A DNA stretch of 64,000 bases from positions 12,725 through 76,724 of the forward strand of contig RQOP01000036.1 in NCBI GenBank assembly GCA_008373095.1. Direction: 5' to 3'. Shown here one piece after another: positions 46,553 through 57,280 of this stretch. The position numbers and the translations under genes were made by a program. This DNA is from SAR202 cluster bacterium. Lineage in GTDB: Bacteria; Chloroflexota; Dehalococcoidia; Lucifugimonadales; UBA826. The notes below the pieces were generated by a model that searched no databases, was not told where the DNA came from, and saw nothing but the letters and a program-made list of their open reading frames with translations. Within the stretch, counting starts at the first letter, position 1, and every line of letters begins with the position of its first letter.

Positions 46553-47452
46553 TTACCAGCCTCTAGTGGCGAATTGCTCTGATTCAGGCATATTCCTGAC
46601 ATCAAGTCCTGGCATGGATGCTCCTAATCCTTTGGAAACAGAAGCCAGCATTTCAGGATCCTTGTAATGAGTAGTGGCTTTGACAATAGCATCGGCCATA
46701 ATTTGAGGGTTCTCAGATTTAAATATTCCAGAACCTACGAATACTCCGTCAACACCAATTTGCATCATCAATGCTGCGTCAGATGGTGTTGAAATCCCTC
46801 CGGCAGCGAAGTTCACAACGGGTAGGGAACCGGTCTCGTGTATTTCTTTTACCAACTCATATGGAGCTTTTAGGTCGCGAGCAGTAGCCATTAATTCATC
46901 TATTTCCATGCCCTTGATGTGGTTAATCTGACCAAGCACCTTCCTAGCGTGTCGAACGGCTTCCACAATGTTTCCAGAACCTGCTTCTCCTTTGGTTCGT
47001 ATCATAGCTGCCCCTTCCCCGATTCTTCGAAGCGCCTCCCCTAAATCTCTGGCACCACACACAAACGGTACCGAAAAGTCGTGTTTGTTAATGTGGTTGT
47101 TTTCATCGGCCGGTGTTAGTACTTCAGATTCGTCAATGTAATCGGTTCCAAGTGCTTCCAAAACTTGGGCTTCCACGAAATGACCAATTCTTGCCTTGGC
47201 CATAACGGGAATAGTAACCGACTCAATTATCTCGGCAATCATCTGTGGGTCTGACATCCTAGCTACTCCACCCGCAGCCCTGATATCAGAAGGGACTCTC
47301 TCAAGTGCCATTACAGCAACAGCACCAGCGTTTTCTGCAATTTTCGCCTGGTCTGGTGTGACCACATCCATAATAACGCCACCTTTCAGCATTTGAGCTA
47401 AACCTGATTTTACAGCCCAAGTTCCTGTGTTAGGTTTTATTTCCGTTGCCAT
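46553..47452 (-). CDS. pdxS: Pyridoxal 5'-phosphate synthase lyase subunit
   Basis: 299-aa ORF. Motifs: [29 protein letters not shown] and [18 protein letters not shown]. Confidence 0.95.
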   Translation of the reverse strand: MATEIKPNTGTWAVKSGLAQMLKGGVIMDVVTPDQAKIAENAGAVAVMALERVPSDIRAAGGVARMSDPQMIAEIIESVTIPVMAKARIGHFVEAQVLEALGTDYIDESEVLTPADENNHINKHDFSVPFVCGARDLGEALRRIGEGAAMIRTKGEAGSGNIVEAVRHARKVLGQINHIKGMEIDELMATARDLKAPYELVKEIHETGSLPVVNFAAGGISTPSDAALMMQIGVDGVFVGSGIFKSENPQIMADAIVKATTHYKDPEMLASVSKGLGASMPGLDVRNMPESEQFATRGW

Positions 47453-47551
47453 CTATAAGCCTCCGTAGTCAATTTTGCAATATCAAAGCACTTGGATAAA
47501 TTATAACGCCACTTACTGTCTAGCTTCAATTATGAGTCTTAAACTTACCTT

Positions 47552-48565
47552 TTATATGCCAGCGTCAGCAACAAGTTTTGCCAGTTCCACCGTTCTGCAG
47601 CTGTATCCCCATTCATTGTCGTACCACCCTACCACTTTTGCCATATTATCTTCCAAAGTTATGGTGGATAGTCCGTCAATGGTGCAGCTAAAGCGACTTT
47701 CACGATAGTCAGAACTGACTAGTGGTTCATCAGAATAGTCGAGGATGCCATTAAGTTTGTTTTGGGCAACTTCCATATATGCTTCATTAATATCTTCAGC
47801 AGTTACCTTGGTTTTAAGAGTCGAAACAAAATCCGTTACTGATACAGTGGCGGTGGGTACTCTAAAAGCCATACCGTGCACTTTCCCATATAAATTTGGC
47901 AGGACTTCGCCTACTGCCTTGGCAGCACCAGTGGTAGTTGGAATGATATTCATAGCCGCCGCACGAGCTCGGCGCATGTCTTTATGTCTTTTATCAAGTA
48001 CTTGTTGGTCATTTGTGTAAGCATGGATCGTTGTCATCATTCCTTGTTGCACACCAAAATAATCGTCTAATACTTTCACTAAAGGTGCAACACAATTAGT
48101 AGTACATGAAGCGTTGGATAATATGTGATGTTTGTCTTTGTCATATTGATGCTCGTTGACTCCTATCACTATGGTGATATCTTCATTTTTTGCCGGAGCT
48201 GAAATAATGACTTTCTTTGCGCCTCCTTCCAAATGTCCAGACGCCTGGGCTGAGTTAGTAAATTTTCCTGTGCATTCAATTACGATATCTACACCATGTT
48301 GGCCCCACGGTAATTGCGAAGGGTCCTCAGAATTCAAGCATGCGATAGAGTTGCCATCTATTACTATTGAATCTTCTGTCCAGGAAACATCGCCTTTGTA
48401 GGTACCGTAGGTTGTGTCGTATTTGAACATATGGGCATTATTTTCAGGGTCCGCAAAACTGTTTATCGCTCCTACCTCCACATTTTCGTATCCTTCCTGA
48501 GTAACAGCCCTTAGTACCAACCTACCTATTCTCCCAAATCCGTTAATGCCGATCCGTGTTTTCAT
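47552..48565 (-). CDS. gap: Glyceraldehyde-3-phosphate dehydrogenase
   Basis: 337-aa ORF. Motifs: INGFGRIGR, active site SNASCTTNC and WYDNEWGYS. Confidence 0.95.
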   Translation of the reverse strand: MKTRIGINGFGRIGRLVLRAVTQEGYENVEVGAINSFADPENNAHMFKYDTTYGTYKGDVSWTEDSIVIDGNSIACLNSEDPSQLPWGQHGVDIVIECTGKFTNSAQASGHLEGGAKKVIISAPAKNEDITIVIGVNEHQYDKDKHHILSNASCTTNCVAPLVKVLDDYFGVQQGMMTTIHAYTNDQQVLDKRHKDMRRARAAAMNIIPTTTGAAKAVGEVLPNLYGKVHGMAFRVPTATVSVTDFVSTLKTKVTAEDINEAYMEVAQNKLNGILDYSDEPLVSSDYRESRFSCTIDGLSTITLEDNMAKVVGWYDNEWGYSCRTVELAKLVADAGI

Positions 48566-48612
48566 TTAATTTAAGCCCTTCTAATCTACTAAGTATCTCT
48601 TTGCATATTTAA

Positions 48613-49905
48613 CTAGTTTATGTACCGAGAGTAAACATCACTTCCACCAAAGGTACAACTCGCTCCCAATTTCTCTTCGATTCTTATAAGGCGGTTGTAT
48701 TTCGCAGTTCTTTCACCTCTTGCAGGGGCACCAGATTTTATTTGCCCCGTGTTTGTGGCTACAGCTAAGTCAGAGATCAAAGTGTCTTCGGTTTCTCCTG
48801 ATCTATGGCTCATGACAGTTCCCCATCCGACAGACTGAGCTAATTTAATAGCCTCCATTGTCTCTGTCAGAGTGCCAATTTGATTTGGTTTAACAAGCAA
48901 GGCATTAGCTGCTTTTGATTTAATCCCCTTTTCTATTCTGGATGGATTTGTGGTGAGTAAGTCATCTCCCACCAGCTGTATTTCATTGCCAAGTCTATGG
49001 GTCATTTCTTTCCAGTCATCCCATTCATCATCGGCCAGACCGTCTTCAATGCTAACGATCGGATATTTAGCAGCCCATTTTTGGTAGGTGCTGGTTAGGG
49101 CAGTTCCCGAAATAGTTATACCGTCACAGTCCAGTTTATATATCTTCTCGTTAGGGTCAAAGAGCTCTGCAGCAGCGGTGTCAAGAGCGATGAAAAAGTG
49201 AACACCACATTCATACCCTGAGTCGGATATTGCGTCGACGAGCAGTTCCAGGGCCGCCTCGTTTGATGGAAGGCTAGGAGCAAATCCACCTTCATCCCCT
49301 ACGGTTGTACTGAGATTTTTTCCACTCAGGATTTTTTGGAGCGATTGATAGACTTCTGATCCAGCCCTTATGGCCTGTGCGAAAGTTTTAAATCCAGCAG
49401 GTACGATCATGAATTCTTGAATATCGCTGGAATGTTCTGCATGTTTACCACCATTAATCACATTTAACATAGGAACAGGAATAATGTAATTCTCTGACCT
49501 TGAAATGTGAGAATATAATTCCTGCTTAGAAGATTTTGCTGCTGCTTTTGCTGCACCCAGGGAAACAGCTAATATTGAGTTTGCCCCCAAATTGCTTTTA
49601 TTTTCTGTTCCATCTAATTCAATCAGTTTTGCATCTAATTCCTCTTGATCGTAGGCATTCATACCTTTTATGTGTGGAAATATTATTTCAGTAATATTGT
49701 GGAGTGCTTTAAGTACCCCTTTACCGTGGTATCTATTTCCATCTCCATCCCTTAGTTCAACCGCCTCATATTGACCGGTACTTGCACCTGAAGGTACTGC
49801 AGAGGTCCCTACTGATCCGTCTTTCAGTACAATATCTACCTCCACCGTTGGATTCCCTCTGGAGTCTAGGATTTCTCGTGCATTTACATTGTCAATTGTT
49901 GTCAT
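48613..49905 (-). CDS. eno: Enolase
   Basis: 430-aa ORF. Motifs: AREILDSRGNPTVEV, SGASTG, LLVKPNQIGTLTET and SHRSGETED. Confidence 0.95.
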   Translation of the reverse strand: MTTIDNVNAREILDSRGNPTVEVDIVLKDGSVGTSAVPSGASTGQYEAVELRDGDGNRYHGKGVLKALHNITEIIFPHIKGMNAYDQEELDAKLIELDGTENKSNLGANSILAVSLGAAKAAAKSSKQELYSHISRSENYIIPVPMLNVINGGKHAEHSSDIQEFMIVPAGFKTFAQAIRAGSEVYQSLQKILSGKNLSTTVGDEGGFAPSLPSNEAALELLVDAISDSGYECGVHFFIALDTAAAELFDPNEKIYKLDCDGITISGTALTSTYQKWAAKYPIVSIEDGLADDEWDDWKEMTHRLGNEIQLVGDDLLTTNPSRIEKGIKSKAANALLVKPNQIGTLTETMEAIKLAQSVGWGTVMSHRSGETEDTLISDLAVATNTGQIKSGAPARGERTAKYNRLIRIEEKLGASCTFGGSDVYSRYIN

Positions 49906-49918
49906 TGTAAGGTTGACC

Positions 49919-50389
49919 TTAATTTTTTATGGCTTGAGAAATGGCAATTTCGACGGCTTGTTCAGGGCTATCTGCCACTATTATTCCACAATCCACTTTT
50001 TCATTTCTTGCTAAGCTCCATGTGTTTAAACCAATTACCGGCTTTGATTCAGAAAGAGCTAACCCGATTTCAGATAAGGTTCCATATGCACCACCAATCG
50101 CAATAATGGCCTCGCCAGCCCTGATTACTAACAAGTTTCGACCATTTCCGAGCCCCGTGCATATGGGAATGTCTACATATTGATTGGAATCAAGAGAGTC
50201 TAAGCCCGGTAATATACCGATGGTGGTCCCACCGTTTTCTTTTGCACCTTTGCATACAGATTCCATGACACCGCCTTGCCCACCGCAGACTACAGTTGCA
50301 TTAGCCTTTGCTAGGAGCCGGCCCACCTTTTCAGCAAGTATGGCATTTTCGGAAGATGCAGTGCTTTCACCTATAACAGTAATGATCAA
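49919..50389 (-). CDS. TIGR00725-family / LOG-like (SLOG) protein
   Basis: 156-aa ORF. Motifs: VVCGGQGGVMESVCKGA and AIIAIGGAYGTLSE, typical of the small LOG/DprA-like Rossmann family. Confidence 0.7.
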   Translation of the reverse strand: MIITVIGESTASSENAILAEKVGRLLAKANATVVCGGQGGVMESVCKGAKENGGTTIGILPGLDSLDSNQYVDIPICTGLGNGRNLLVIRAGEAIIAIGGAYGTLSEIGLALSESKPVIGLNTWSLARNEKVDCGIIVADSPEQAVEIAISQAIKN

Positions 50390-50422
50390 GTGTCACCTTA
50401 TTAGAAATGCCACGCGTTAAAT

Positions 50423-51355
50423 CTATTGTGCTCCAGCCATAACATCTATTAATTCTTGAACAGCGTCCGCTGATTTTTTTAGAGCAATGAGTTCGTCGTT
50501 ATTCAAGTTTAATTCCACAACTTCTTCAACGCCGCTGGCGCCCAGTTTCACTGGGACCCCTACATATAGATCATTAATGCCGTATTGCCCTTGCAAATAT
50601 GCTGTGCAGGGAAGTATTTCCTTTTTGTCAAAAAGAATAGCTTCAACCATTTGTACTATTGAGGCCGACGGAGCATAAAAGGCACTGCCTGTCTTAAGAT
50701 AGTTAACTATCTCCGCCCCACCGTCTCGGGCTCTTTGTACAATTTCTTCTAACCGTTTGGGGTCAATTAACTTTGATACAGGGGTTCCTGCTACATTGGT
50801 GCTTTCAACTACAGGTACCATTGTGTCGCCGTGGCCGCCAAGTACATAGGCAGACACTGAATTCACTGATACTCCTAGTTCTTCAGCAAGGAAAGTTCTG
50901 TATCTTGCTGTATCTAATATTCCCGCCATGCCGACGACTTTATTAGAGGGGAACCCAGTGACTTTTAGGGCCTGTTGAGCCATGGCATCTAGAGGGTTTG
51001 TGACTATCAAGTGGACACTGTCTGGGGAAAATTTGGCTGTTTGTTCAACTACACTGGTAACTATTTTCATGTTGGTGAGTAGTAAATCATCTCTGCTCAT
51101 ACCTGGTTTGCGGGCTATTCCAGATGTGACAACAACTACATCAGACCCAGCTGTTTCTTCGTATCCGTTGGTTCCTACTATTGTTGCATCTGTGCCTAAA
51201 ATTGGTCCGGATTCCAGCATGTCTAATGCCTTTCCTTGCGGCAATCCATCGACTATATCGACTAACACTACATCAGAATATCCCTTGTCAAAAATTCTTT
51301 GTGCTGTTGTGGCACCGACATTTCCTGCTCCAACAACAGTTACTTTGTTTCTCAT
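50423..51355 (-). CDS. mdh: Malate dehydrogenase (LDH-like, NAD-dependent)
   Basis: 310-aa ORF. Motifs: [25 protein letters not shown] and GGHGDTMVP. Confidence 0.9.
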   Translation of the reverse strand: MRNKVTVVGAGNVGATTAQRIFDKGYSDVVLVDIVDGLPQGKALDMLESGPILGTDATIVGTNGYEETAGSDVVVVTSGIARKPGMSRDDLLLTNMKIVTSVVEQTAKFSPDSVHLIVTNPLDAMAQQALKVTGFPSNKVVGMAGILDTARYRTFLAEELGVSVNSVSAYVLGGHGDTMVPVVESTNVAGTPVSKLIDPKRLEEIVQRARDGGAEIVNYLKTGSAFYAPSASIVQMVEAILFDKKEILPCTAYLQGQYGINDLYVGVPVKLGASGVEEVVELNLNNDELIALKKSADAVQELIDVMAGAQ

Positions 51356-51419
51356 TTGATCCCTCTTTGTTTTAATTTCAAATAGTCTTTTTCACTTAAT
51401 TATGCGCAATCATGCATTG

Positions 51420-53261
51420 CTAGGTGATTATAGCTAGTAGGTCTCCCTTCACAACAGTTTGACCTGGTTCTACTGGCAATGATTGGATGCTGCCATCTCT
51501 AGGTGCGGGTAAGGTGTTTTCCATTTTCATGGCTTCTAAAACTGCCACCGGGTCACCTTGTTTGACCTCCTGTCCCACTTCTACTAAATACCTCAAAATT
51601 ACACCAGGCATAGGGGATTCTAACTGACCCTCAGAATTTTCTGTATGCCCATTAACTGACGGTTTTGTTTCACTACCTTTTTGGGTTTTTATGCCATCAG
51701 ATATCGATATTAAGTTTTGGTCGGTAGGGTCAACTTCTACTTTGAACAAAATGTCATCTATGTATACGTTGAATGAGCGGATGTTTGAGCTTTTTGTTGG
51801 GGCTTGTTCCGTTGCTTTGGAGCTAGTATCTACACTCAATGGTTGCTTGCTTTCAGCATCCCTATCTTCTTCTGAGGCGTCTATTCCATGTTTTATCCGG
51901 AGGAATTTCATTCCTGTAGTGGGATATAAGGCATAAATTAATACATCATCAATATCGGAAGTTATGTCTTTCAGGTCATCTTCTGCTTTATTGAGTTCAG
52001 GTTCTAAAATATTTCCAGGCCTCTCAGTGATGGTGGTGATTTCCGTTTCATCTTCAGATTCGAAGACGGTCGCTTTGACTGACACATCAACTTTTCCTGG
52101 CGGTCTTCCATACATGCCACTTATATATTCTTTAACCTCGTTGGATACCATTTTGTATCTGCCAAAGATCACATTGCTAACCGCCTGTGATCCTACCATT
52201 TGACTCATTGGGGTTACGAGTGGAGGGTAACCGAGTTCTTTTCTAGTAACGGGTATATCCTCAAGCACATCCTCTAGTTTATCCAGTGAACCTATATCTC
52301 TAAGTTGTGAAATTAAATTGCTTGCCATTCCGCCTGGTATCTGGTGACTCAAAACCTTAGCGTCTATCACGGCAGCTCTCGGTGTTTCCATGTACTCTCT
52401 GTACTTGGGCAAAATTGATTCCATGTAATCCCCTAGTCCTATAAGAGTATCCAGATTGAATTTCGGGTCGTACTCTGTTCCTCGCAGGGTTACTACCAGG
52501 GGTTCTACAGCGGGTTGAGAGGTCCTTAAAGCTAGCGGTGCCAAGCATGTATCTACTACGTCAACCCCTGCTTCTATGGCCTTCAGAACTGTCATGGACG
52601 CCATACCGCTCGTGTAATGAGTATGCAATTGAATTGGGACATTTATTACTTTTTTCAACTCTGAAACCAACTCAAATGCATCGTATGGGGATAGCAGTCC
52701 GGCCATGTCTTTTATACAGATGCTATCTGCACCCATATTCTGGAAGGATTTGGCTCTATCTAGGTAGTAATCCAAATTATAAATTGGACCTTCCATTTTC
52801 CCACTTTCTGTGACTGAATAGCAGATAGTCATCTGTAGGTGCTTTTGGTTGTTTTTCACTGCAGCAGCAGCTCTTTCTAGGTTCCATTCATCATTTAAGG
52901 CATCAAATACTCTAAAAATATCTATTCCGTTCACCGCAGCTCTTTCCACAAAGGCATCCACTACATCATCAGAATATGCCTTGTACCCCACTAGTGACTG
53001 TCCCCTCAGCAACATAGACAGCGGTGTTTGGGTTATGAGTTTTTTAAATCTTCTCAAACGTTCCCATGGGTCTTCGGATAAATATCTGGTCGTAGCGTCA
53101 AATGTAGCTCCTCCCCAGACTTCCATTGATGCGAAACCAATCTGATCCATTTCAGAGGCAATGGGCTCCATATCTTCCATTCTTAATCTGGTGGCAAGAA
53201 GACTTTGATGAGCGTCGCGGAATGTAGTGTCAGTTATCCCGAAAGACTTAAGTGTAATCAT
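51420..53261 (-). CDS. Oxaloacetate decarboxylase alpha / pyruvate carboxylase subunit B / transcarboxylase 5S-like carboxyltransferase fused to a biotinyl domain
   Basis: The core begins [20 protein letters not shown] (ATG 53261). The ORF-track extension to 53315 uses a TTG that directly abuts its SD and would overlap the upstream small ORF. TIM-barrel CT motifs are present, and the C-terminal biotinyl-Lys motif is LEAMKMEN. Confidence 0.85.
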   Translation of the reverse strand: MITLKSFGITDTTFRDAHQSLLATRLRMEDMEPIASEMDQIGFASMEVWGGATFDATTRYLSEDPWERLRRFKKLITQTPLSMLLRGQSLVGYKAYSDDVVDAFVERAAVNGIDIFRVFDALNDEWNLERAAAAVKNNQKHLQMTICYSVTESGKMEGPIYNLDYYLDRAKSFQNMGADSICIKDMAGLLSPYDAFELVSELKKVINVPIQLHTHYTSGMASMTVLKAIEAGVDVVDTCLAPLALRTSQPAVEPLVVTLRGTEYDPKFNLDTLIGLGDYMESILPKYREYMETPRAAVIDAKVLSHQIPGGMASNLISQLRDIGSLDKLEDVLEDIPVTRKELGYPPLVTPMSQMVGSQAVSNVIFGRYKMVSNEVKEYISGMYGRPPGKVDVSVKATVFESEDETEITTITERPGNILEPELNKAEDDLKDITSDIDDVLIYALYPTTGMKFLRIKHGIDASEEDRDAESKQPLSVDTSSKATEQAPTKSSNIRSFNVYIDDILFKVEVDPTDQNLISISDGIKTQKGSETKPSVNGHTENSEGQLESPMPGVILRYLVEVGQEVKQGDPVAVLEAMKMENTLPAPRDGSIQSLPVEPGQTVVKGDLLAIIT

Positions 53262-53287
53262 ATAATCAGGTGAATCCTTGCAATTAT

Positions 53288-53479
53288 TTATAAGTACTGA
53301 TGCTTCCCAGTCCAACCTCTTATTTGGCGGTTATGAGAATATGGGATTTGATCCAAGATTGCATGTCTCCAAGGAGTTATCAGGTTCTTGTTATTTTGCT
53401 TAGAACGTTTTATACCGTCATTCAGATACATGTGAATGGCCGCTGATATGGCTGCTATGTGCTTTTGGGTTGGTTTCAT
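53288..53479 (-). CDS. Small protein with OadG-like C-terminal-type motif, no TM helix
   Basis: 63-aa ORF between the two carboxyltransferase genes. [13 protein letters not shown] resembles the (V/I)AAAIHHH segment of OadG / decarboxylase small subunits (from memory). The coding status is uncertain. Confidence 0.4.
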   Translation of the reverse strand: MKPTQKHIAAISAAIHMYLNDGIKRSKQNNKNLITPWRHAILDQIPYSHNRQIRGWTGKHQYL

Positions 53480-53484
53480 ACAGT

Positions 53485-55047
53485 CTATAAAGGGATGCTT
53501 CCGTGTTTTTTCGGTGGCATGTTGTCTCTTTTATTTGCTAGCATCTTAAGTGCCTTAATAACTTTTGTGCGCGTTTCACCGGGTTCTATAACATCATCTA
53601 TCATACCTCTGCTAGCCGCTATATAAGGGTTCATCAAGTTTCCCTCATATTCGGACACCAGTTCAGCAGTTAACTTTTTGGGATTATCCGAATCCATAAT
53701 TTTTGACCGGTGAATTATGTTTACAGCTCCTTCAGCGCCCATAACAGCAACTTGTCCGGTTGGCCACGAATAGTTGATGTCGCCCTTAAGATTTTTGCTA
53801 CTCATCACAATATAAGCTCCACCATAGGCCTTTCTTGTCAAAATGCTTATTTTAGGAACTGTGGCTTCAGCGTATGCGAATATCAGTTTTGCTCCGTGTC
53901 TAATTATGCCGCCATATTCTTGGGAGCTCCCCGGCAAAAATCCAGGTACGTCAATAAAAGTCACCAACGGAATGTTAAAAGCATCACAAAATCTTACAAA
54001 CCTCGCTGCTTTCACTGAGGCATCTATATCTAAAACGCCTGCGTGGTGGTCAGGCTGCTGGGCTACTATTCCTACAGGGTTCCCTTCGAATCTTGCTAGG
54101 CCGACTAAAATATTAGGGGCAAAATTTTGATGTACCTGTAAAAAGTCTTGGCTGTCAACAACTGTATGAATAACGTCCAACATGTTGTAGGGCTGGTTAG
54201 GGTTGTCAGGGATGATTTTATTTAATGACTCTGCATATCTATCTGAAGGGTCGGCTGCTGATGCGGGGGGTGGATTTTCCATATTGTTTTGGGGGAGAAA
54301 ACTTAGTAGCTTTTGGACTTTAGAGATGCAAGATTCTTCAGTCTCCTCAGCGAAATGAGCGACGCCACTTTTTACTGTGTGGGCTTCACTTCCTCCTAAA
54401 TCTTCATGGGAAATTTCTTCCCCAGTTACGGCTTTAATAACGTCAGGCCCGGTTATATACATCTGTCCTAATCCTTCCACCATAAAAATGAAATCTGTTA
54501 GGGCAGGTGAATAGGTTGCACCTCCTGCGGCGGGTCCCATCATTACTGATATTTGAGGAATTACACCTGAGGCCATCACGTTCCTTTGGAAAATAGCTCC
54601 ATACCCAGACAGACTGTCCACACCTTCTTGGATTCTGGCTCCACCTGAATCTATTAGACCAACAATTGGAGCACCGTTGTCCATGGCTCTGTCCATCACT
54701 TTGCATATTTTGTTTGCCACTGCCTCTGACAGCGACCCACCCAGAACGGTAAAATCCTGAGCATACACAAACGTGAGTCTTCCGTTTACTTCTCCATATC
54801 CGGTCACAACAGCGTCACCGAGGTACTGTTGGTTTTCTAAACCAAAATCAGTAGATCGGTGCAACACCAAAGGGTCCAATTCTTCAAATGTTCCAACATC
54901 TAAAAGCAGAGAAATTCTTTCTCTAGCGGTTAATTTGCCTCTTTTGTGTTGGGCGTCTACCCGTTTGTCTCCACCGCCCTTTAGGCTTAGGGCTTTCTTA
55001 TCAAGTAATTCTGCGTGCTTCTTAGATGTTGAGTTTTCTAGTGACAT
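53485..55047 (-). CDS. Acyl-CoA carboxyltransferase (propionyl-CoA carboxylase beta / methylmalonyl-CoA decarboxylase alpha / transcarboxylase 12S family)
   Basis: 520-aa ORF. It has a duplicated crotonase-like CT domain, with DSGGARIQEG, GPAAGGATYSPALTD and SYPTGQVAVMG-type (SWPTGQVAVMGAEGAVNI) motifs. Confidence 0.9.
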   Translation of the reverse strand: MSLENSTSKKHAELLDKKALSLKGGGDKRVDAQHKRGKLTARERISLLLDVGTFEELDPLVLHRSTDFGLENQQYLGDAVVTGYGEVNGRLTFVYAQDFTVLGGSLSEAVANKICKVMDRAMDNGAPIVGLIDSGGARIQEGVDSLSGYGAIFQRNVMASGVIPQISVMMGPAAGGATYSPALTDFIFMVEGLGQMYITGPDVIKAVTGEEISHEDLGGSEAHTVKSGVAHFAEETEESCISKVQKLLSFLPQNNMENPPPASAADPSDRYAESLNKIIPDNPNQPYNMLDVIHTVVDSQDFLQVHQNFAPNILVGLARFEGNPVGIVAQQPDHHAGVLDIDASVKAARFVRFCDAFNIPLVTFIDVPGFLPGSSQEYGGIIRHGAKLIFAYAEATVPKISILTRKAYGGAYIVMSSKNLKGDINYSWPTGQVAVMGAEGAVNIIHRSKIMDSDNPKKLTAELVSEYEGNLMNPYIAASRGMIDDVIEPGETRTKVIKALKMLANKRDNMPPKKHGSIPL

Positions 55048-55204
55048 GTACCTAGATTAAAATGTTAGATGATTAAAGGTAATATTTGGAATGTTAGTAT
55101 GCTTCCTCGGGAAACAATTATATCTCACCTAAAAAAGTATGTCAGGGGTAGTGGGGATGTGAGTATTTTTAGCGAGTCATCAATGCTTATTTGGATCATG
55201 CTAA

Positions 55205-56044
55205 ATGCGGCATTTAAGGATTAGTTTGGAGTTAATCTTGTTTGATTGGGGATCGAAAACTTATGTGATGGGAATTTTGAATACCACTCCGGATTCTTTT
55301 TCTAATGATGGTATCTATGCGGACGTCGATTCGGCGATTGCTAGAGGGATTGAAATGTTGTCCAACGGTGCAGACATATTAGATATTGGAGGAGAATCAT
55401 CGAGGCCTCCTGCGGTCTATGGAGAAGTGAATGAAATATCGCTGACGGAAGAATTGGATAGAGTTATTCCAACTATATCTGGGTTGGCAGATAAAGCTAA
55501 ATGCTTAATCAGTGTTGATACATACAAATCAAAGGTGGCAGAAGCAGCGATTGCAGCCGGGGCCCATGTTATAAACGACATATGGGGGCTTTCTAGAGAT
55601 CCAGAAATGGCTCCCCTTATTGCTGATACGGGAGTTTCTGTTGTGTTAATGCATAACGCAGAGGAACCGAAATATTGTGATGTGGTGTTAGATACTTTTG
55701 ACTTCTTGAAAGCTCAAGTGGAATTTGCGGTGGACAATGGCATAGGCGAGGATAAAATCATTATAGACCCGGGGATAGGGTTTTCTAAAAGAACTGACGA
55801 GAACCTTGAGATTTTAAATCGACTGGAAGAATATAAAAAAATAGGGATGCCTTTACTTGTCGGCACATCTAGAAAAGCCACCATTGGACAGATTTTAGGT
55901 TTGCCAGTGGATGACCGGATTGAAGGTACTGCAGCCACCATAGCAGTAGCTATTTCACGGGGAGCGGATATGGTTCGGGTTCATGATGTAAAAGAGATGA
56001 ACAGAGTATCTAAGATGACCGATGCGATTGTGAGGAGGCGATAG
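55205..56044 (+). CDS. folP: Dihydropteroate synthase
   Basis: 279-aa ORF. Motifs: VMGILNTTPDSFSNDG, DIGGESSRP, INDIWG and RVHDV. Confidence 0.9.
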   Translation: MRHLRISLELILFDWGSKTYVMGILNTTPDSFSNDGIYADVDSAIARGIEMLSNGADILDIGGESSRPPAVYGEVNEISLTEELDRVIPTISGLADKAKCLISVDTYKSKVAEAAIAAGAHVINDIWGLSRDPEMAPLIADTGVSVVLMHNAEEPKYCDVVLDTFDFLKAQVEFAVDNGIGEDKIIIDPGIGFSKRTDENLEILNRLEEYKKIGMPLLVGTSRKATIGQILGLPVDDRIEGTAATIAVAISRGADMVRVHDVKEMNRVSKMTDAIVRRR

Positions 56045-56064
56045 ATATTAGTAATTCAACTGAT

Positions 56065-56556
56065 GTGTATGTAGGCTTAGGAAGTAATTTGGGTGATAAA
56101 AAAGATAATATTTCCCAGGCTACTACCATGCTTACTGACATCTGTAATGAATTGAAATCTTCAAAAGTATATGAATCAACTCCAAAAGGATTTTCTAACC
56201 AGCCAAACTTTTTGAATTCTGTATGCAAGGTGTCAACGAATTTGAGTCCTTGGCTTTTCCTTCACCAGTTAAAGGAGATCGAGGCACATTTGCATAGACA
56301 CAGAGTGTTTCCTAACTCGCCCAGATCTATTGATTTGGACATTTTGTTTTGGGGGAATTTTATTGTTCAAAGTAAAATTTTGACTCTTCCGCATCCGCGG
56401 ATTGAAGAAAGGTTATTTGCCTTGCAACCATTATCTGAATTAGCACCTGATTTAATCCATCCGGTATTGAAGTTGACAGTTAGCCAGATGATTCGTGAAT
56501 TAAAAAGGGATCAACCATTGGATAAATGTATACCCCTGGGCCATCTAATTAGGTAG
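56065..56556 (+). CDS. folK: 2-amino-4-hydroxy-6-hydroxymethyldihydropteridine diphosphokinase
   Basis: 163-aa ORF (GTG start). Motifs: VYVGLGSNLGD, RSIDLDIL, LTLPHPRIEERLFAL. Confidence 0.85.
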   Translation: MYVGLGSNLGDKKDNISQATTMLTDICNELKSSKVYESTPKGFSNQPNFLNSVCKVSTNLSPWLFLHQLKEIEAHLHRHRVFPNSPRSIDLDILFWGNFIVQSKILTLPHPRIEERLFALQPLSELAPDLIHPVLKLTVSQMIRELKRDQPLDKCIPLGHLIR

Positions 56557-56563
56557 TTTGTTA

Positions 56564-56749
56564 TCACTTGCTGCGCAATTCTGGAGGGAGTAGGTTCGGG
56601 ATTGAGTTATCGATTGGAAATTTTTCTCCACACCCAATACAAATTAGATTACCCTGAATTATGTCATCTTCCCTTTCTACATCCGCATGGATATCAAAGT
56701 TAGATTTGCATAGAGGACATCTAATGATTTCCAAAAATGACTTTTTCAC
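56564..56749 (-). CDS. Trm112/UPF0434-family zinc-ribbon protein
   Basis: 61-aa ORF. CPLCK...CIGCGEKFPIDNSIPNLL. Confidence 0.7.
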   Translation of the reverse strand: MKKSFLEIIRCPLCKSNFDIHADVEREDDIIQGNLICIGCGEKFPIDNSIPNLLPPELRSK

Positions 56750-56776
56750 GAATTAACCCCTATGAGTAAGATCATT

Positions 56777-57277
56777 TTAATTTGATACAGTTGCCATGTA
56801 TATCATGTTCAATAGGTCTGATAACAGATACACCAACAGACCTAGAATTAGGACCAAATTATAGTTACTTGCAATTTTTGTAAACTGTCTTAGTCCGCCT
56901 TTTGGATTGTTGTTGGAATTTGTCTTAACACGAGGTGTTTTTGATTGGCGCTTGGCCCTTATCAAATAGAACATGGCTGCCACGAAAACGATTTTCAGGC
57001 CTAGAATTAACGCATATTGGTAGCCTATATTGCCAGGTGTAAGTCTGTTAAATGTCATTATCGCGCCGGTTGTGAGAAGAACGAATATACATGTGTCAAC
57101 TAATCCCCGGAATTCGATGGAAATTTGCCCTTCTAATTGGCTGATAAAATCCGAGTTAAATTGTCGTGTCGAAGGGTTTAAGACAAGAATCCAGAAAATA
57201 CTACCCCCCACCCATGCACCAGCAGATACAAGATGAGTCCACCTGACAAATAGATGGAACAAGTCAGTTATATCCAA
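56777..57277 (-). CDS. Integral membrane protein (CopD-like four-helix family?)
   Basis: 166-aa ORF with 4 predicted TM helices. The N-terminal RWTHLVSAGAWVGGSIF resembles CopD-domain proteins. This is a weak assignment. Confidence 0.45.
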   Translation of the reverse strand: MDITDLFHLFVRWTHLVSAGAWVGGSIFWILVLNPSTRQFNSDFISQLEGQISIEFRGLVDTCIFVLLTTGAIMTFNRLTPGNIGYQYALILGLKIVFVAAMFYLIRAKRQSKTPRVKTNSNNNPKGGLRQFTKIASNYNLVLILGLLVYLLSDLLNMIYMATVSN

Positions 57278-57280
57278 AAT

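Noticed and set aside
53262-53315. The N-terminal extension of the 5S/OadA-like gene to TTG 53315 given in the ORF track.
   Set aside because: The TTG directly abuts its only SD-like sequence (AAGAGG-TTG, 0-nt spacer), and the extension ([18 protein letters not shown]) overlaps the upstream small ORF. Homologues begin near [20 protein letters not shown], so ATG 53261 is preferred.
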